A stretch of DNA of 64,000 bases from Octopus vulgaris (Eukaryota). A program made the position numbers and the translations under genes. A model generated the notes under the pieces. The model ran no database searches and was not told where the DNA came from. It saw only the letters and a list, made by a program, of their open reading frames with translations. Shown in pieces: positions 29,402 through 43,929 of the stretch (positions are counted from its first letter, which is position 1; each line of letters starts with the position of its first letter). The DNA is taken from positions 9,486,001 through 9,550,000 of the forward strand of contig OX597841.1 of NCBI GenBank assembly GCA_951406725.2. Direction: 5' to 3'.

Positions 29402-30057
29402 TTTGAATGGTACAACAATGCACTATAATACAAACAATGGGATATACCTATTTCTTTACTACCCACAAGGGGCTAAACACAGAGGGGACAAACAAGGACA
29501 GACATAGGTATTAAGTCGATTACATCGACCCCAGTGCGTAACTGGTACTTAATTTATCGACCCCGAAAGGATGAAAGGCAAAGTCGACCTCGGCGGAATT
29601 CGAACTCACAACGTAACGCAGACGAAATACCTATTTCTTTATTACCCACAAGGGGCTAAACATAGAGAGGACAAACAAGGACAGACATAGGTATTAAGTC
29701 GATTCCATCGACCCCAGTGCGTAACTGGTACTTAATTTATCGACCCCGAAAGGATGAAAGGCAAAGTCGACCTCGGCGGAATTCGAACTCACAACGTAAC
29801 GCAGACGAAATACCGCAAAGCATTTCGCCCGGCGTGCTAACGTTTCTGCCAGCTCGCCGCCTTAAAATATTTCGGAATAAAATTCCTTCTACATATATCC
29901 TCAGGAATTGATGGAGTCGCTGCCATAATAAATTCCTGGGGACATCTGAAGAAAGGATTTTATTCCGAAATATTATCAGACTAGGGATGACTAAATTACA
30001 ACAGGTATATATAATCTCGTTGTTTGTATTACAGTGCATTGTTGTACCATTCAAAAC
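29400..30057. repeat. Palindromic element with a SINE dimer inserted in its left arm
   Basis: 29400-29449 is inverted to 30004-30057, and 29867-29911 is inverted to 29922-29974. Partial hammerhead-like core CTGAAGA...GAAA at 29946-29970. Confidence 0.8.
29450..29863 (-). mobile_element. Nin/Deu-like SINE (family B): one head, two tandem bodies
   Basis: A 183-bp body is repeated at the gacgaaatac junction. The same arrangement occurs at 50125-50515. Confidence 0.85.
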
Positions 30058-30111
30058 ATTTTATTCTTTACAAACAATACACAATGCTTCAAGCAAACTA
30101 CAATACTCTCT

Positions 30112-30173
<62 letters not shown>

Positions 30174-31376
30174 CATAGGTGGTGCTCCAGCGTCGCCGCA
30201 GTCAAGTAACCGAAATGAGTAAAATAATATGTGTGTGTGTGTGTTTTCACTTCCTTTTGACAACCGATATTGGTATGTTTACGTCTCCGCAACGTAGGGG
30301 TTCGAGAAAAGAGACCGATGGAGTAAGTCCCAAGGTTTTAAAAAATAAAATTAAGCACCGGTGTTGATTAGTTCAACTGCAAAGACTATTATTAAAGCGT
30401 TGGAACTTTTAGAGGAAGGACTGCAAGTTTTTTGTTCTTAACAACCTTAGACGTGAATGTACCAAACTTTACGAATCCTTTGAATCCTTTTCTGAGCTGT
30501 GTAAAAAGATGATGCAAGCATCGATTGATTGCTACAAAACAGACATCTTCTCAATAACTCTCATTCCATCATCATCCTTCACACAGCACTCAACATCTTA
30601 TGTGGTTAAGCACGCATCCTATAATGATATTACGATTCTTAATTACCCACTAACTCATTTCTCTTCAAATCTCCTTATTACATACTCTCTTTTACTCTTT
30701 CACTCTTTTACTAGTTTCAGTCATTTGACTGCGGCCATGCTGGAGCACCACCTTTAGTCGAGCAACTCGACCCGGGACTTATTCTTTTTGTAAGCCCAGT
30801 ACTTATTCTATCGGTCTCTTTTGCCGAACCGCTAAGTAACGCTAAGTGACAGGAACATAAACACACCAGCATCGGTTGTCAAGCAATGCTAGGGGGACAA
30901 ACACGCTCACACAAACACACACACGCACATATATATATATATACATATATACGACGGGCTTCTTTCAGTTTCCGTCTACTAAATCCACTCACAGGGCTTT
31001 GGTCGGCCCGAGGCTATAGTAGAAGACGCTTGCCCAAGGTGCCACGCAGCGGGACTGAACCCGGAACCATGTGGTTGGTAAACAAGCTACTTACCACACA
31101 GCCACTCCTGCGCCTACATATCGTTCCGTATTTGTTAAGAAATCGTTATTTTCATGTGTAAAAGTGGTCGTGTTGTTTTTATTGTTTTCCGGGAGGAAAA
31201 AAATCAGAAAAAAATGTCTAAGTGTAGCCGTGTGGTAAGAAGCTTGCTTCTCAACCACATGGTTCCGGGTTCCATCACACTGAGCAACACCTTGAGCAAG
31301 TGTCTTCTACTATAACCTCGGGCCGACCAAAGCCTTGGGAGTGGATTTGGTAGACGAAATCTGAAAGACGCCCGCC

Positions 31377-31411
<35 letters not shown>

Positions 31412-31512
31412 AATAATAATATAGGGTGAAATTAATTAATTTGGAATAATCATCAATTTCACCAAGTAGATTTTGGCATGTAAAAGCCCCATTCAAGGAA
31501 AGTTTAAGTAAT

Positions 31513-31640
31513 ACTAAGTAATTAAGGGTTTAGCAACGATTTGCCTCACCACACACCGAAGTTAGAAATAGCAGTCAAAAGAGTTTTGGCTATTCTTTCT
31601 ACTTAAGTAGAAAATCGTTGCTAAACCCTTAATTACTTAG

Positions 31641-31641
<1 letters not shown>
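31513..31641. repeat. 30-bp perfect inverted repeat in a (TA)n-flanked element
   Basis: actaagtaattaagggtttagcaacgattt (31513-31542) / aaatcgttgctaaacccttaattacttagt (31612-31641). Confidence 0.9.
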
Positions 31642-31716
<75 letters not shown>

Positions 31717-32479
31717 CTCCCTCTCTTCTTCTTCATCCTTTCTGGTTTTCTTTCTCCTCTTCTCTTCACCGTTCCCTCTCTCTCACTCTTTCTCCTTGAC
31801 TCTCTCGTCGCTGACACGTGACGAAACGGAATCTATCTCTCTGCCCGTATCCTTCCCAAAGACAACACGTGCTTATACCTGTCTCCCCTCATAAGCTCGT
31901 CTTCCCAGCGTTCGTTATAATTTTTCTATCGTCTTAACAGCCCTCACCGTTTGTTTTTATTGTCTTGTTATCACTGTCCTGTTCTTGTTATCACTTTCAC
32001 CCTCTGCAAAATGTCCAAAATTTTATTTAATTTGCTTTGTAGGAAGGACTATTTCAATGAAGTCGCGTATTATCCTTGCCTTCAAAACGCAGAGTAGATG
32101 AAACAGGGACAACTGATGAAGGGGGATGTTCTTTATGTTGCATGTCTCGTTTCTCTGGGTTTTTTTTTTCGTTGTTCGATAAAAAGTTCGTTTTCTACGT
32201 TTTTGTTTTTATGTTTTCGTTTCTTATTGTGTTCAACGTTTTCTTCATGTCCTGTACCCATATATGCAGAAACGTTAGCACGCCGGGCGAAATGCGTAGC
32301 CGTATTTCGTCTGTCGTTTCGTTCCGAGTTCAAATTCTGCCGAGGTCGACTTTGCCTTTCATCCTTTCGGGGTCGATAAATTAAGTACCAGTTACGCACT
32401 GGGGTCGATATAATAGACTTAATCCCTTTGTCTGTCCTTGTTTGTCCCCTCTGTGTTTAGCCCCTTGTGGGTAGTAAAG

Positions 32480-32618
<139 letters not shown>

Positions 32619-32848
32619 GGTAGGTATGTACATTTATGTATGTATATATTTATATATTATTTATATTATATTATATTATTTTATATTATATTATATTATA
32701 TATATGTATATATATATATAAAAGTAGACAAATGGTACAACAAGGCACCAATATTTACTGGAAAATAGCAATCGATATGAATACGACGCTATTGTATAGC
32801 TTCACTGCCTATTTACTAGCAAAGACGCGTGTGTGCAACAAACATGAA

Positions 32849-32961
<113 letters not shown>

Positions 32962-33118
32962 AAATACTAAAATGGACAAGAACGCAAAACATCCAGACAG
33001 GTAAGACAAAAAAAGGAAAACAAAATATCCAAGTGTCTTCTGCTATAGCCCCGGGCCGACCAATGCCTTGTGAGTGGATTTGGTAGACGGAAACTGAAAG
33101 AAGCCTGTCGTTTATATG

Positions 33119-33159
<41 letters not shown>

Positions 33160-33796
33160 ATGTGTGTGTGTTTGTGTGTCTGTGTTTGTCTCCTAGCATT
33201 GCTTGACAACCGATGCTGGTGTGTTTATGTTCCTGTCACTTAGCGGTTCGGCAAAAGAGACCGATAGAATAAGTACTGGGCTTACAAAGAATAAGTCCCG
33301 GGGTCGATTTGCTCGACTAAAGGCGGTACTCCAGCATGGCCGCAGTCAAATGACTGAAACAAGTAAAAGAGAAAAGAGAAAAAGAGAGACAGACGATACA
33401 AGAAAAACAAGGAGGGATCATTGGGATTTTTCTATCCTCAGTCGAGTTCCAGATTATCTTTGCAATTTCGGTTGGTTATACTCGATATATATATTCTGTG
33501 TGTACATCTTTGTGTCTGTGTTTGTCCCTCCCCCACCGCTTGACAACCGGTGGTGGTGTGTTTGCCTCCCCGTAAGTTGGAGGTTCGACCAAAAAGGACC
33601 GATAGAATAAGAACCAGACTAAAATAATTCAAGACGGTGCTCCAGCATAGCCGCAGTCAAATGACTGAAACAAGTAAAAAAGTAAAGAATAAAAGATATC
33701 AAGTGAAGAACAATGGGAAAATTTATAGACCTAGACACACACACACACACACATACATATAAAATCAAAACAAGCAACAGGATATCAAGAAGTGAT

Positions 33797-33880
33797 ACAG
33801 TACGGCCGTTTCAAGCGGCTTCATTTAATTGAACAATGCAATCATTACATCAATTTAAATGCAGGGCTATCCTTGGCTGC
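33797..33880 (-). ncRNA. Degenerate hammerhead motif
   Basis: gcag-CCAAGGA-tagc[hairpin]gctt-GAAAC-ggcc-GTA-ctgt. The 5' core is mutated and loop 3 is palindromic. Confidence 0.45.
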
Positions 33881-34022
33881 ACAAATAAATAAATAGGATT
33901 TTAATCAGTCGGATTACCCAAATTCTCTAATAGAGCAAGAAGACAGAAAAAAATCCATGTTGTCGCTATTGTAGCTACGAAAATTGATGCAGTTTTAATT
34001 CTTGCTTTATTTCGTGCCAGTG

Positions 34023-34860
34023 TGTAGACCAACCAATCGCAGCCTTCTGATAAGATCCCGTAACACAGTCTTCTAGGTTCTCCTCTTGAACCCAGTAATC
34101 TCTTTAAAAGCTAGATCAACAGACCGTAATTCGTCATTGGTTATAGTCCTTCTTAGGACTAACATCTGACCACAGTGTGACTCAACCATGTTCCAGCGAC
34201 CGTGACACCAACACCAGCAACATTTCAGGACCTTTCTCCACCGTCGTCTTCATCTATACGTACACAGCAACTCGCCCAGGTTTAACCACGCTGTTTGTGA
34301 ATACTCACCAAGGTTAACAGCTAGCCTATCTGCGAGAACCTTCTGTACCAAGTAACCCGGCACAGCATTGAAGCCACAACCGCTACACGACATGTGTTCA
34401 ACCGACCTCTGCCTTCTGACGACCAACTTCATTGTTACCGAACTATTACTGTTGCGTTTCTTACTACGAACTGGTATTTAACTTCATTATGTGTCTGATC
34501 TACCACTAGCGTCCTGATAGACTCATTTCTATGCTCTGTATTTTATCTCACACGTATACACTTTGTTTGTGCACACTTACACATTATTGTATGCATTGAC
34601 GGCCTGTCTATTTGTCTATTACTATTGTTCTTATTATATATATGTACTTATGACGCAAACACACAGACACACTCTGCTACCCGCATGTCAACACCTGAAT
34701 AAAACCTTTCTCTTAAACATATCGGCTGTGTCGTCTTCTCTCTTATTCCTTTTGGCACTTATTCATTTATCCATATTTTGGCTTTAATTGTAAGGCGACC
34801 GTGCGGTGTTTAAAGGGGTCATTCATTCGTCACCGTCTCCTTTTGTACGGTCGTTCTACA
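34023..34860 (+). mobile_element. Possible solo LTR
   Basis: tgtagaccaacc ... ggtcgttctaca (TG..CA inverted ends) and aataaa near 34698. No target duplication seen. Confidence 0.4.
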
Positions 34861-34889
34861 TTATATATATGTATATATATATATATATA

Positions 34890-35027
34890 AGGTCTTACAG
34901 CTGTTTCCAGGATATTTATTATATCCCTTCATCGGAGACGGTGTGAGAAGACTATTGCTTAACCATTCTCTCACACCGTCTCCGATGAAGGGATATAATA
35001 AATATCCTGGAAACAGCTGTAAGACCT
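34890..35027. repeat. Perfect 59-bp-arm palindrome abutting (TA)n
   Basis: 34890-34948 is the exact reverse complement of 34969-35027. Confidence 0.95.
34978..35025 (+). ncRNA. Hammerhead motif, CCGATGA core variant (twin on the - strand at 34892-34939)
   Basis: gtct-CCGATGA-a-gggatat-aataa-atatcct-g-GAAAC-agct-GTA-agac. Confidence 0.65.
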
Positions 35028-36196
35028 ATTTATAAATGTTCTAAAATATTCACAGCGTTGGGGGTTTTTTTTATCTCATTCTGAAAATTTTTTTTTTATT
35101 TATACACCTGCTGATATATGACCTACATTGGACTCCTTATTCACATAATCACCGAACGTGGAGCTCATCTATGGTCTATTCATTGCACTTACTCAGCATT
35201 ACCTGACACCTTTGGGTCTTATTGACACCATTACCTCTCATAACCTGTATATATACATAAATATATATACGGGTACAGGATGTCAACAACGGTGTAAACA
35301 ACATGAATTTAATTTTTTTACTTTATTCCAGACATTATTGAAAGTGTTCGCAATGGGAAGGAAATTACTGAACCACAAAATCGAGGTAGGACAATTCATG
35401 TTTTCTAACTTCATGTTTCTTCATTATTCTCATCCTTAAATAAAAATAATAAAACTTATTCTATCCTTTAAAATGCCATCATTCTCCCGGAGCTGAATTA
35501 GTCAGGAATTAGGTAACCTGCAGTTCATTCAGGACTTTGTTGTATTCACATCTTTAGAAAAAGAAACAGTTTACGCGATTCACCTCGATATTTTTTTAAG
35601 GTTACATCTTTAACCTAGGTTAATCTGGAGCCAGTAAACCTATAATCAGAGACGTTCCAGCCGTCACCGTCCCGCCTTATTTATTCAGATGCCGTGTGTC
35701 TAGGACTGTATTATCCAATGAGTCTTTCTTCACCAAATGATACGACGTAGACACACGAATTGGATACATAAACAACGAGAAATAAATGGAAAACAAGACA
35801 AGTAAACAGAGAAAAAGGACCCTTCATCAGTTGTCAGCTGCCTGTCTACTCCTCATTTCGAGCATTCAACGGCAATATGAGTCTTCGAAGACAGTTGATC
35901 CCATAAATTCGAAAATAAAATTTAGGATTTATGGAGGGTCAAATTTTTGAACAAAAACGTTAGTGGAGACATTCAAGGAAACCGAACGGAAACAAACATG
36001 GAGGGTCGTTAAACCAGAAGAAGGGTGGGGGGTAGGTGCAGACGTTGCTGTGTGTTAAGAAGTTTGCTTCCCAACGAAATGGTTCCGGGTTCAGTCCCAC
36101 TTCGTGACACCTTGAGCAAGTGCCTTTTACTAAAGCCTCAGGCCCCGACCAAAGCCGTGTGAGTGGATTTTGGTAGACGGAAACTGAATGAAGCCC

Positions 36197-36305
<109 letters not shown>

Positions 36306-36606
36306 AGGCGCAATGGCCCAGTGGTTTGGGCAGCGAACTCGCGGTTGTAGGATCACGGTTTCGATTCCCAGACCGGGCGTTGTGTGTGTTTATTGAGCGA
36401 AAACACCTAAAAGCTCCACGTGGCTCCAGCAGGGAGTGGTGATCCCTGCTGTACTCTTTCACCACACTTTCTCTCACTCTTTCTTCTGTTGGCCTGCTCG
36501 CTTAGCCAGCGGGGTGGCGTCATTCGAAGGCTAAAACAATGCGAACGCATTGTGACCAGCGATGTGCAGCAACATCTGATGGTCTGGTCGGTCACGTGAT
36601 CACGTG

Positions 36607-36664
<58 letters not shown>

Positions 36665-36834
36665 ATAATATCGATATTCAAATATCGATACTATCAAGTG
36701 GCCAGCATGGGAAAAAATACCGTACAAAGGTAATTTTTTTACAACTAAAATATAAACATTTAACGGGGTTTTTAAAGTCAGGGTTTTGACTGCTATTTCG
36801 GCATGGTAGTGTCTCTTAGACACCTTATTTTTAG

Positions 36835-36894
<60 letters not shown>

Positions 36895-38384
36895 GTATGT
36901 ATGTGTGTGTCCCATTACCATTTGACAACCGGTGTTGGTGCGTTTACGTCCCCGTAACGTAGGTAACGTAGCGGTTCAGCAGAAGATACCGCTAGAATAA
37001 GTACTAGGCTTAAAAAATGTCCTGGGGGGTCGATTTATTCGACTAAAACCCTTTAAGGCGATGCTCCAGCATGGCCGCAGCTAAATGACCGAACGAAAGA
37101 ACAGAAGAATGATATAGATCAGTACGTATCTGCTGTTTGCGAGCGTTGCAGTGTTAGGGTTCGGGCTGTAGTGGCAGGAGTAGTGTTTTGATGTTAAGGC
37201 TTGTGTTGTAGTAGTGAGTGTTGTTTAAGAGATTCAGTCTGTTCGAAGCAGTGTTGGACGGACATCGTCTCCCGTTCGTTACTCTTTCAGAAGATGACTT
37301 GGTGCCAGCTCGGCATTGCTCTGAACAGGAATGAGATGCTGAAAGACACCAGCATTTCTATGGAAGACGACGTACGAGGGAGACGACGTTCGAGGGAGAG
37401 TGGTCGAAGGAAGAGGAAGGAGTCATGCGGGAGACGCAGGAAACTGGGAGAGTGAGCAATGAAAGTGAGAGAGAAATGTTGATGGAGGGAAAGAAAGAAG
37501 AAGATAGAAAGTGAAGGAGAAAGCGAGAGAGAGGGTGAATGAGTGGATAATGTGTAGTTGTTGACGTGGTTTAGTTCAGGTGAACTCTGACGAACTTCAG
37601 ATGGAATTTTGATCAATGGCTTTCCATCCATGGCCATTGCATTTATTTGGCGATGTTATCTGACGTGTGCTTTCATTTGTAAGAAGCTATGGCGTGATTT
37701 GAGGGTGCATAGGTTATCATTTCTAGCACGTCGTACGACCACCCACACGGGTCGTGTTGGCTTTTGGGGAGTAGATGGAGGTTGTCCGATGGAGAGAGGG
37801 GCAAGGAGATGGTGAATGGGCAACAGGCGGCGGCGGCCTGCTTGGAAAGGAGTGATAGTCAGAGTAGGTAGAGGTAAATAGTTTAGTGAGAGTCGGAAGG
37901 TGGGGGGAGGTAGGAGGAGAAGTCACAGAAAAGAGAGGGAGAGAGAGTGAGTGAGTGAGTGAGTGAGTGGGAAAGTAAAATCAAAGGATTAAAAGGGAGA
38001 GAGGAGTGGATGAAGAATTTGATGAAAAGGTGTGAGTGATAGAGAGAGAGAGAAAGAGAGAAAAATGAATGGAAGGATGAACGGAGAGAAGGGTGACGGG
38101 AGGAAAAGGAGGAGTGAAGAGTAATAGAGGAAGTAGCATGCTGGCTGATTACAGGGTGGTAGGCGGAGGGAAGAAAGTGTTGAATGGAAGAGAAATAATG
38201 TTTGTGAGGCGGCGAGGATCGTCTTCCGTCGCTCATTCATTTATATATCAGACTAAAATGTCGTTTGAGCTGTTGTTTCCAGCGGTCGGCCTCTCTTGGC
38301 TCGTACATACGTAACTCTGTGAATACGCATACCCGCATACATAGAGGCATTCATACATACGTCTATACACGCACTCATTCATAC

Positions 38385-38833
38385 ACGCATACATACATAC
38401 ATACATACATACACACATACATACATGCATACATACACACACACATACATACATACACACATACATACATACATACATACATTCATACATACATGCATGC
38501 ATGCATGTATGCATACATACATACATGCATACATACAAACATACATACATACACACATAAATACACACATACATACATACATACATACATTCATACATAC
38601 ATGCATGCATGTATGCATACATACAAACATACATGCATACATACATGCATACATACAAACATACATGCATACATACATGCATACATACAAACATACATAC
38701 AAACCAACATACATGCATACATACATACACACACACATACATACATACATACATACAAACATACATACATACATACATACATACATACATACATACATAC
38801 ATACATACATACATACAAACATACATACATACA

Positions 38834-38867
<34 letters not shown>

Positions 38868-39014
38868 CATACATACATACATACATACATACATACATAC
38901 ATACACACACACACATACATACATACATACACAAACAGACACACATACATACATACATACATAAATACACACACACACACATACATACATACATACATAC
39001 ATACATACATACAT

Positions 39015-39049
<35 letters not shown>

Positions 39050-39198
39050 TACATACATACATACATACATGCATACATACACACACACATACATACATAC
39101 ATACATACATACATACATACAAACATATATACATACATACATACACATATACATACATACATACATACATACATACACATATACATACATTCATACAT

Positions 39199-39229
<31 letters not shown>

Positions 39230-39357
39230 TACATACATACATACACACACACATACATACATACATACATACATACATACATACATACATACATACATAC
39301 ATACATACATACAAACATATATACATACATACATACACATATACATACATACATACA

Positions 39358-39419
<62 letters not shown>

Positions 39420-39568
39420 CATACATACATACATACATACATACATACATACATACACACACACATACATACATACATACATACATACATACATACAAAC
39501 ATACATACATACAAACATATATACATACATACATACATACATACATACATACATACACACACACACAT

Positions 39569-39599
<31 letters not shown>

Positions 39600-39922
39600 T
39601 ACGTACATACATACATACATACATACACAAACACATACATACATACATACATACATACATACATACATACACACATACATACATACATACATACACACAC
39701 ACATACATACATACATACATACATACATACATACATACACACACACACATACATACATACATACATACATACATAAACAGACATACATACATACATACAT
39801 ACATACACACACACACATACATACATACATACATACATACATACATACATACACACACACACATACATACATACATACATACATACATACATACACACAT
39901 ACATACATACATACATACACAC

Positions 39923-39953
<31 letters not shown>

Positions 39954-41763
39954 TACATACATACATACATACACACACACACATACATACATACATACAT
40001 ACATACATACACACACACATACATACATACATACATACATACATACATACAAACATACATACATACATACATACACACACACATACATACATACATACAT
40101 ACATACATACATACATACATACATACATACATACAAACATACATACATACATACATACATACATACATACATACATACATACATACATACATACATACAT
40201 ACATACATACATACATACATACATACATACATACATACATACATACATACATACATACATACATACATACATACATACATACATACATACATACATACAT
40301 ACATACATACATACATACATACATACATACATACATACATACATACATACATACATACATACATACATACATACATACATACATACATACATACATACAT
40401 ACATAAACAGACATACATACATACATACATACATACATACATAAACATACATACATACATACATACATACATAAACAGACATACATACATACATACATAC
40501 ATACATACATACATACATACATACATACATACATACATACATACATACATACATACATACATACATACAGACATACATACATACATACATACATACATAC
40601 ATACATACATACAGACATACATACATACATACATACATACATACATACATACATACATACATACATAAACAGACATACATACATACATACATACATACAT
40701 ACATACATACATACATACATACATACATAAACAGACATACATACATACATACATACATACATACATACAAACATACATACATACATACAAACATACATAC
40801 ATATATACATACATACATACATACATACATACATACATACATACATACATAAACAGACATACATACATACAAACATACATACATACAAACATACATACAT
40901 ACATACATACATAAACATACATACATACATACATACATACATACATACATACATACATACATACATACATACATACATACATAAACATACATACATACAT
41001 ACATACATACATACATACATACATACATACATACATACATACATACATACATACATACATACATACATACATACATACATACATACATACATACATACAT
41101 ACATACATACATACATACATACAAACATACATACATACATACAAACATACATACATACATACATACATACAAACATACAAACATACATACATACATACAT
41201 ACATACATACATACATACATACATACATACATACATACATACATACATACATACATACAAACATACATACATACATACATACAAACATACATACATACAT
41301 ACATACATACATACATACAAACATACATACATACATACATACATACATACATACATACATACATACATACATACATACATACATACAAACATACATACAT
41401 ACATACATACATACATACATACATACATACATACATACATACATACATACATACATACATACATACATACATACACATACATACATACATACATACATAC
41501 ATACATACATACATACATACATACATACATACATACATACATACATACATACATACATACATACATACATACATACATACATACATACATACATACATAC
41601 ATACATACATACAAACATACATACATACATACAAACATACAAACATACATACATACAAACATACATACATACAAACATACATACATACATACATACATAC
41701 ATACATACATACATACATACATACATACATACATACATACATACATACATACATACATACATA
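38385..41763. repeat. (TACA)n microsatellite of about 3.4 kb
   Basis: Continuous catac repeats with variants. Confidence 0.98.
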
Positions 41764-41965
41764 CGGGAGGTGTTGAAAACTCGCTGTCTTTGGGTAACAT
41801 AAAATACAGGAAGATCAGTTAATTATGATTTTATTCATCATATTCCCCTCTCAGTTTCACACACTTATTGCAGCGATCCTTCAATTTTTCTGGGCCTTGT
41901 AAAACAACTCGGATGGTTGGGTCTTCGACCAAGCTCTTCACAACACCCTTAAACCCGAGAACAGC
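41763..41965 (-). mobile_element. Mariner 3' end remnant
   Basis: KLKDRCNKCVKLRGEYDE* matches the mariner C-terminus 'RW.KC....G.Y.E'. TIR-like end at a TA. Confidence 0.65.
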
Positions 41966-41969
41966 ATGC

Positions 41970-42015
<46 letters not shown>

Positions 42016-42071
42016 CGGAGATGTACTCGCATAGCAAGTGATTTGATCTGTGATCGTGTGCTGAAACGAAA

Positions 42072-42269
42072 ACAATTGCAGCGTGGAAGGTGTTTATAAG
42101 CCATTTAAGAAACACACAAAAGCCGTTCGATGCAGCACGGACTTTGTCAGTGAACAGGTCGCGGATTTTAGCGACGAAAATATTTTGACAAATTAAACTT
42201 AAATGTTGAAGTGAATCGAACGGCTTTTGTGTGTTTCTTAAATGGCTTATAAACACCTCCCACGCTGCA

Positions 42270-42274
<5 letters not shown>
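42072..42274. repeat. 60-bp-arm inverted repeat between (TA)n tracts
   Basis: 42072-42131 versus 42215-42274, one mismatch. Confidence 0.92.
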
Positions 42275-42335
<61 letters not shown>

Positions 42336-42361
42336 TGGTGTTATATATAAATAAATAAACT

Positions 42362-42643
42362 TCGTGACGTATATTTGCCATTTAAATATGGCTAACCCCT
42401 AAGGGTGGATGCTACTGTAGTTTGTAGCCCCAGGAGGACACCTCATCCAGCTGGCTATAGACACACTTTCTGTGCCCTATCAGTATTTGGAGACGGGAAG
42501 GATGGCTTCCTTTTGCAAATACTGATAGGGCACAGAAAGTGTGTCTAAAGCCAGCTGGAGGAGGTGTCCTCCTGGGGCTACAAACTACTGTAGCATCCAC
42601 CCTTAGGGGTTAGCCATATTTAAATGGTAAATATACGTCACGA
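42362..42643. repeat. 128-bp-arm palindrome with a 26-nt loop; single-arm relative at 15397-15550
   Basis: 42362-42489 versus 42516-42643, few mismatches. Confidence 0.95.
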
Positions 42644-43571
42644 TGTGTTGCAGCCACTGTTTATAACTCGCTCTAAGATTTATTATTGCTTAAATAAACT
42701 CCATTTATTTATATATCATACAAAAAATTCCACGTAAACCCGAAGTTTCTACCTTTAAAAACAAGGGGTTACAACCTCTTTACTTGTGGGATTTTTTCCT
42801 ACCCTGGCAACCATTTATCTATTTTTTCCGTGTTAATTGTTAACAAGGGGAAATATCTAAGATGTTGTTCTAGTTGTTGCTTTGATTAAAAGGTCAACAC
42901 TGATCTCGAAGTACATAACAGTAATCAAGGTGCATTCCTTCCATGGCTGTTCCTTTGAAACTTGTCCATTGCCTCATGTCTGGCATTTCACGAGTGATTG
43001 AAGAAAGGTTTGGACTACTATGTTTAGCAAGTCAAAGTTTACTGGTTAGAACTCTCCCTCTATGGCTCGTACACACACACACACACACACACATACACAC
43101 ACACACACGCACACACACACGTACATACATACATACACACACACGTACATACATACATACATATATACATACATACATACATACATACATACAGAGCACA
43201 TTGACGGACCACTGATACGAAGTTTGCATATCCGGCACTCGGGATATATTTTGAGCGACATCTCTTGTTATTATTGGAGCAACAGGATACATACCGACCC
43301 GTCTGGGGCAAAGTATGGCTGAACTTGGGGGTCGTGGGGAGAGAACGCAAATCCTTAATTCACGTGCTGCAAATGATCGCGATATCTGGGACTATAAAAA
43401 TCTGCAAAACCTACTTCCATTCACAACCTTGCTATTAAGGCGGTGGCTGATCAAAATTTATTCTAAATTACAAAAACAAAGAAAGCATACATGAATGTAT
43501 ATCTATATCTTTATCATTGAACACAACACGTTTTTTTTTCTTTCACTCTCTCTCCATTTATTTTCTCTTAT

Positions 43572-43809
43572 TCTTTTCTGCCGAAGAGCGTAGGCTCGAA
43601 ACGTAGAAGACATTTTTTGGTTTTTCCCGAGCGTCAAATTAATGCACTTGTTTGTTGTTCCTACTCCTGTCTCCGTCTTTGTTTTACTATAATTTTCAAC
43701 TATGTGACCGCGTGTGTATCGTTGGCGATTTTTTTCCTCCGTCTTCCCTTCCCTGGATCTTTTCTTTCCCTATGTTTCTGATGAAGAGCTCCGCTCGAAA
43801 CGTTAAAGC
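43572..43809 (+). ncRNA. Tandem pair of minimal hammerhead motifs (pLTR-like units); relatives at 46180-46217 and 46618-46654
   Basis: tttt-CTGCCGA-a-gagc-gtag-gctc-GAAACGTA-gaaga and gttt-CTGATGA-a-gagc-tcc-gctc-GAAACGTTA-aagc, 200 bp apart. Confidence 0.65.
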
Positions 43810-43929
43810 CTCCTTCTTTCTTTCCTTTCCTGAACGTCCTATAATACTATACTTGTTCCACGCCCTCGCGTTGTGTTTTCTCTTTGTGTTTTCATGTTTG
43901 GATTAACTTTATATATATATATGAAACAA

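Noticed and set aside
38248-41800. ORFs of 500-1168 aa (MYVC/HTYI repeats); similar ORFs at 60480-62954
   Set aside because: Stop-free translations of (TACA)n microsatellite.
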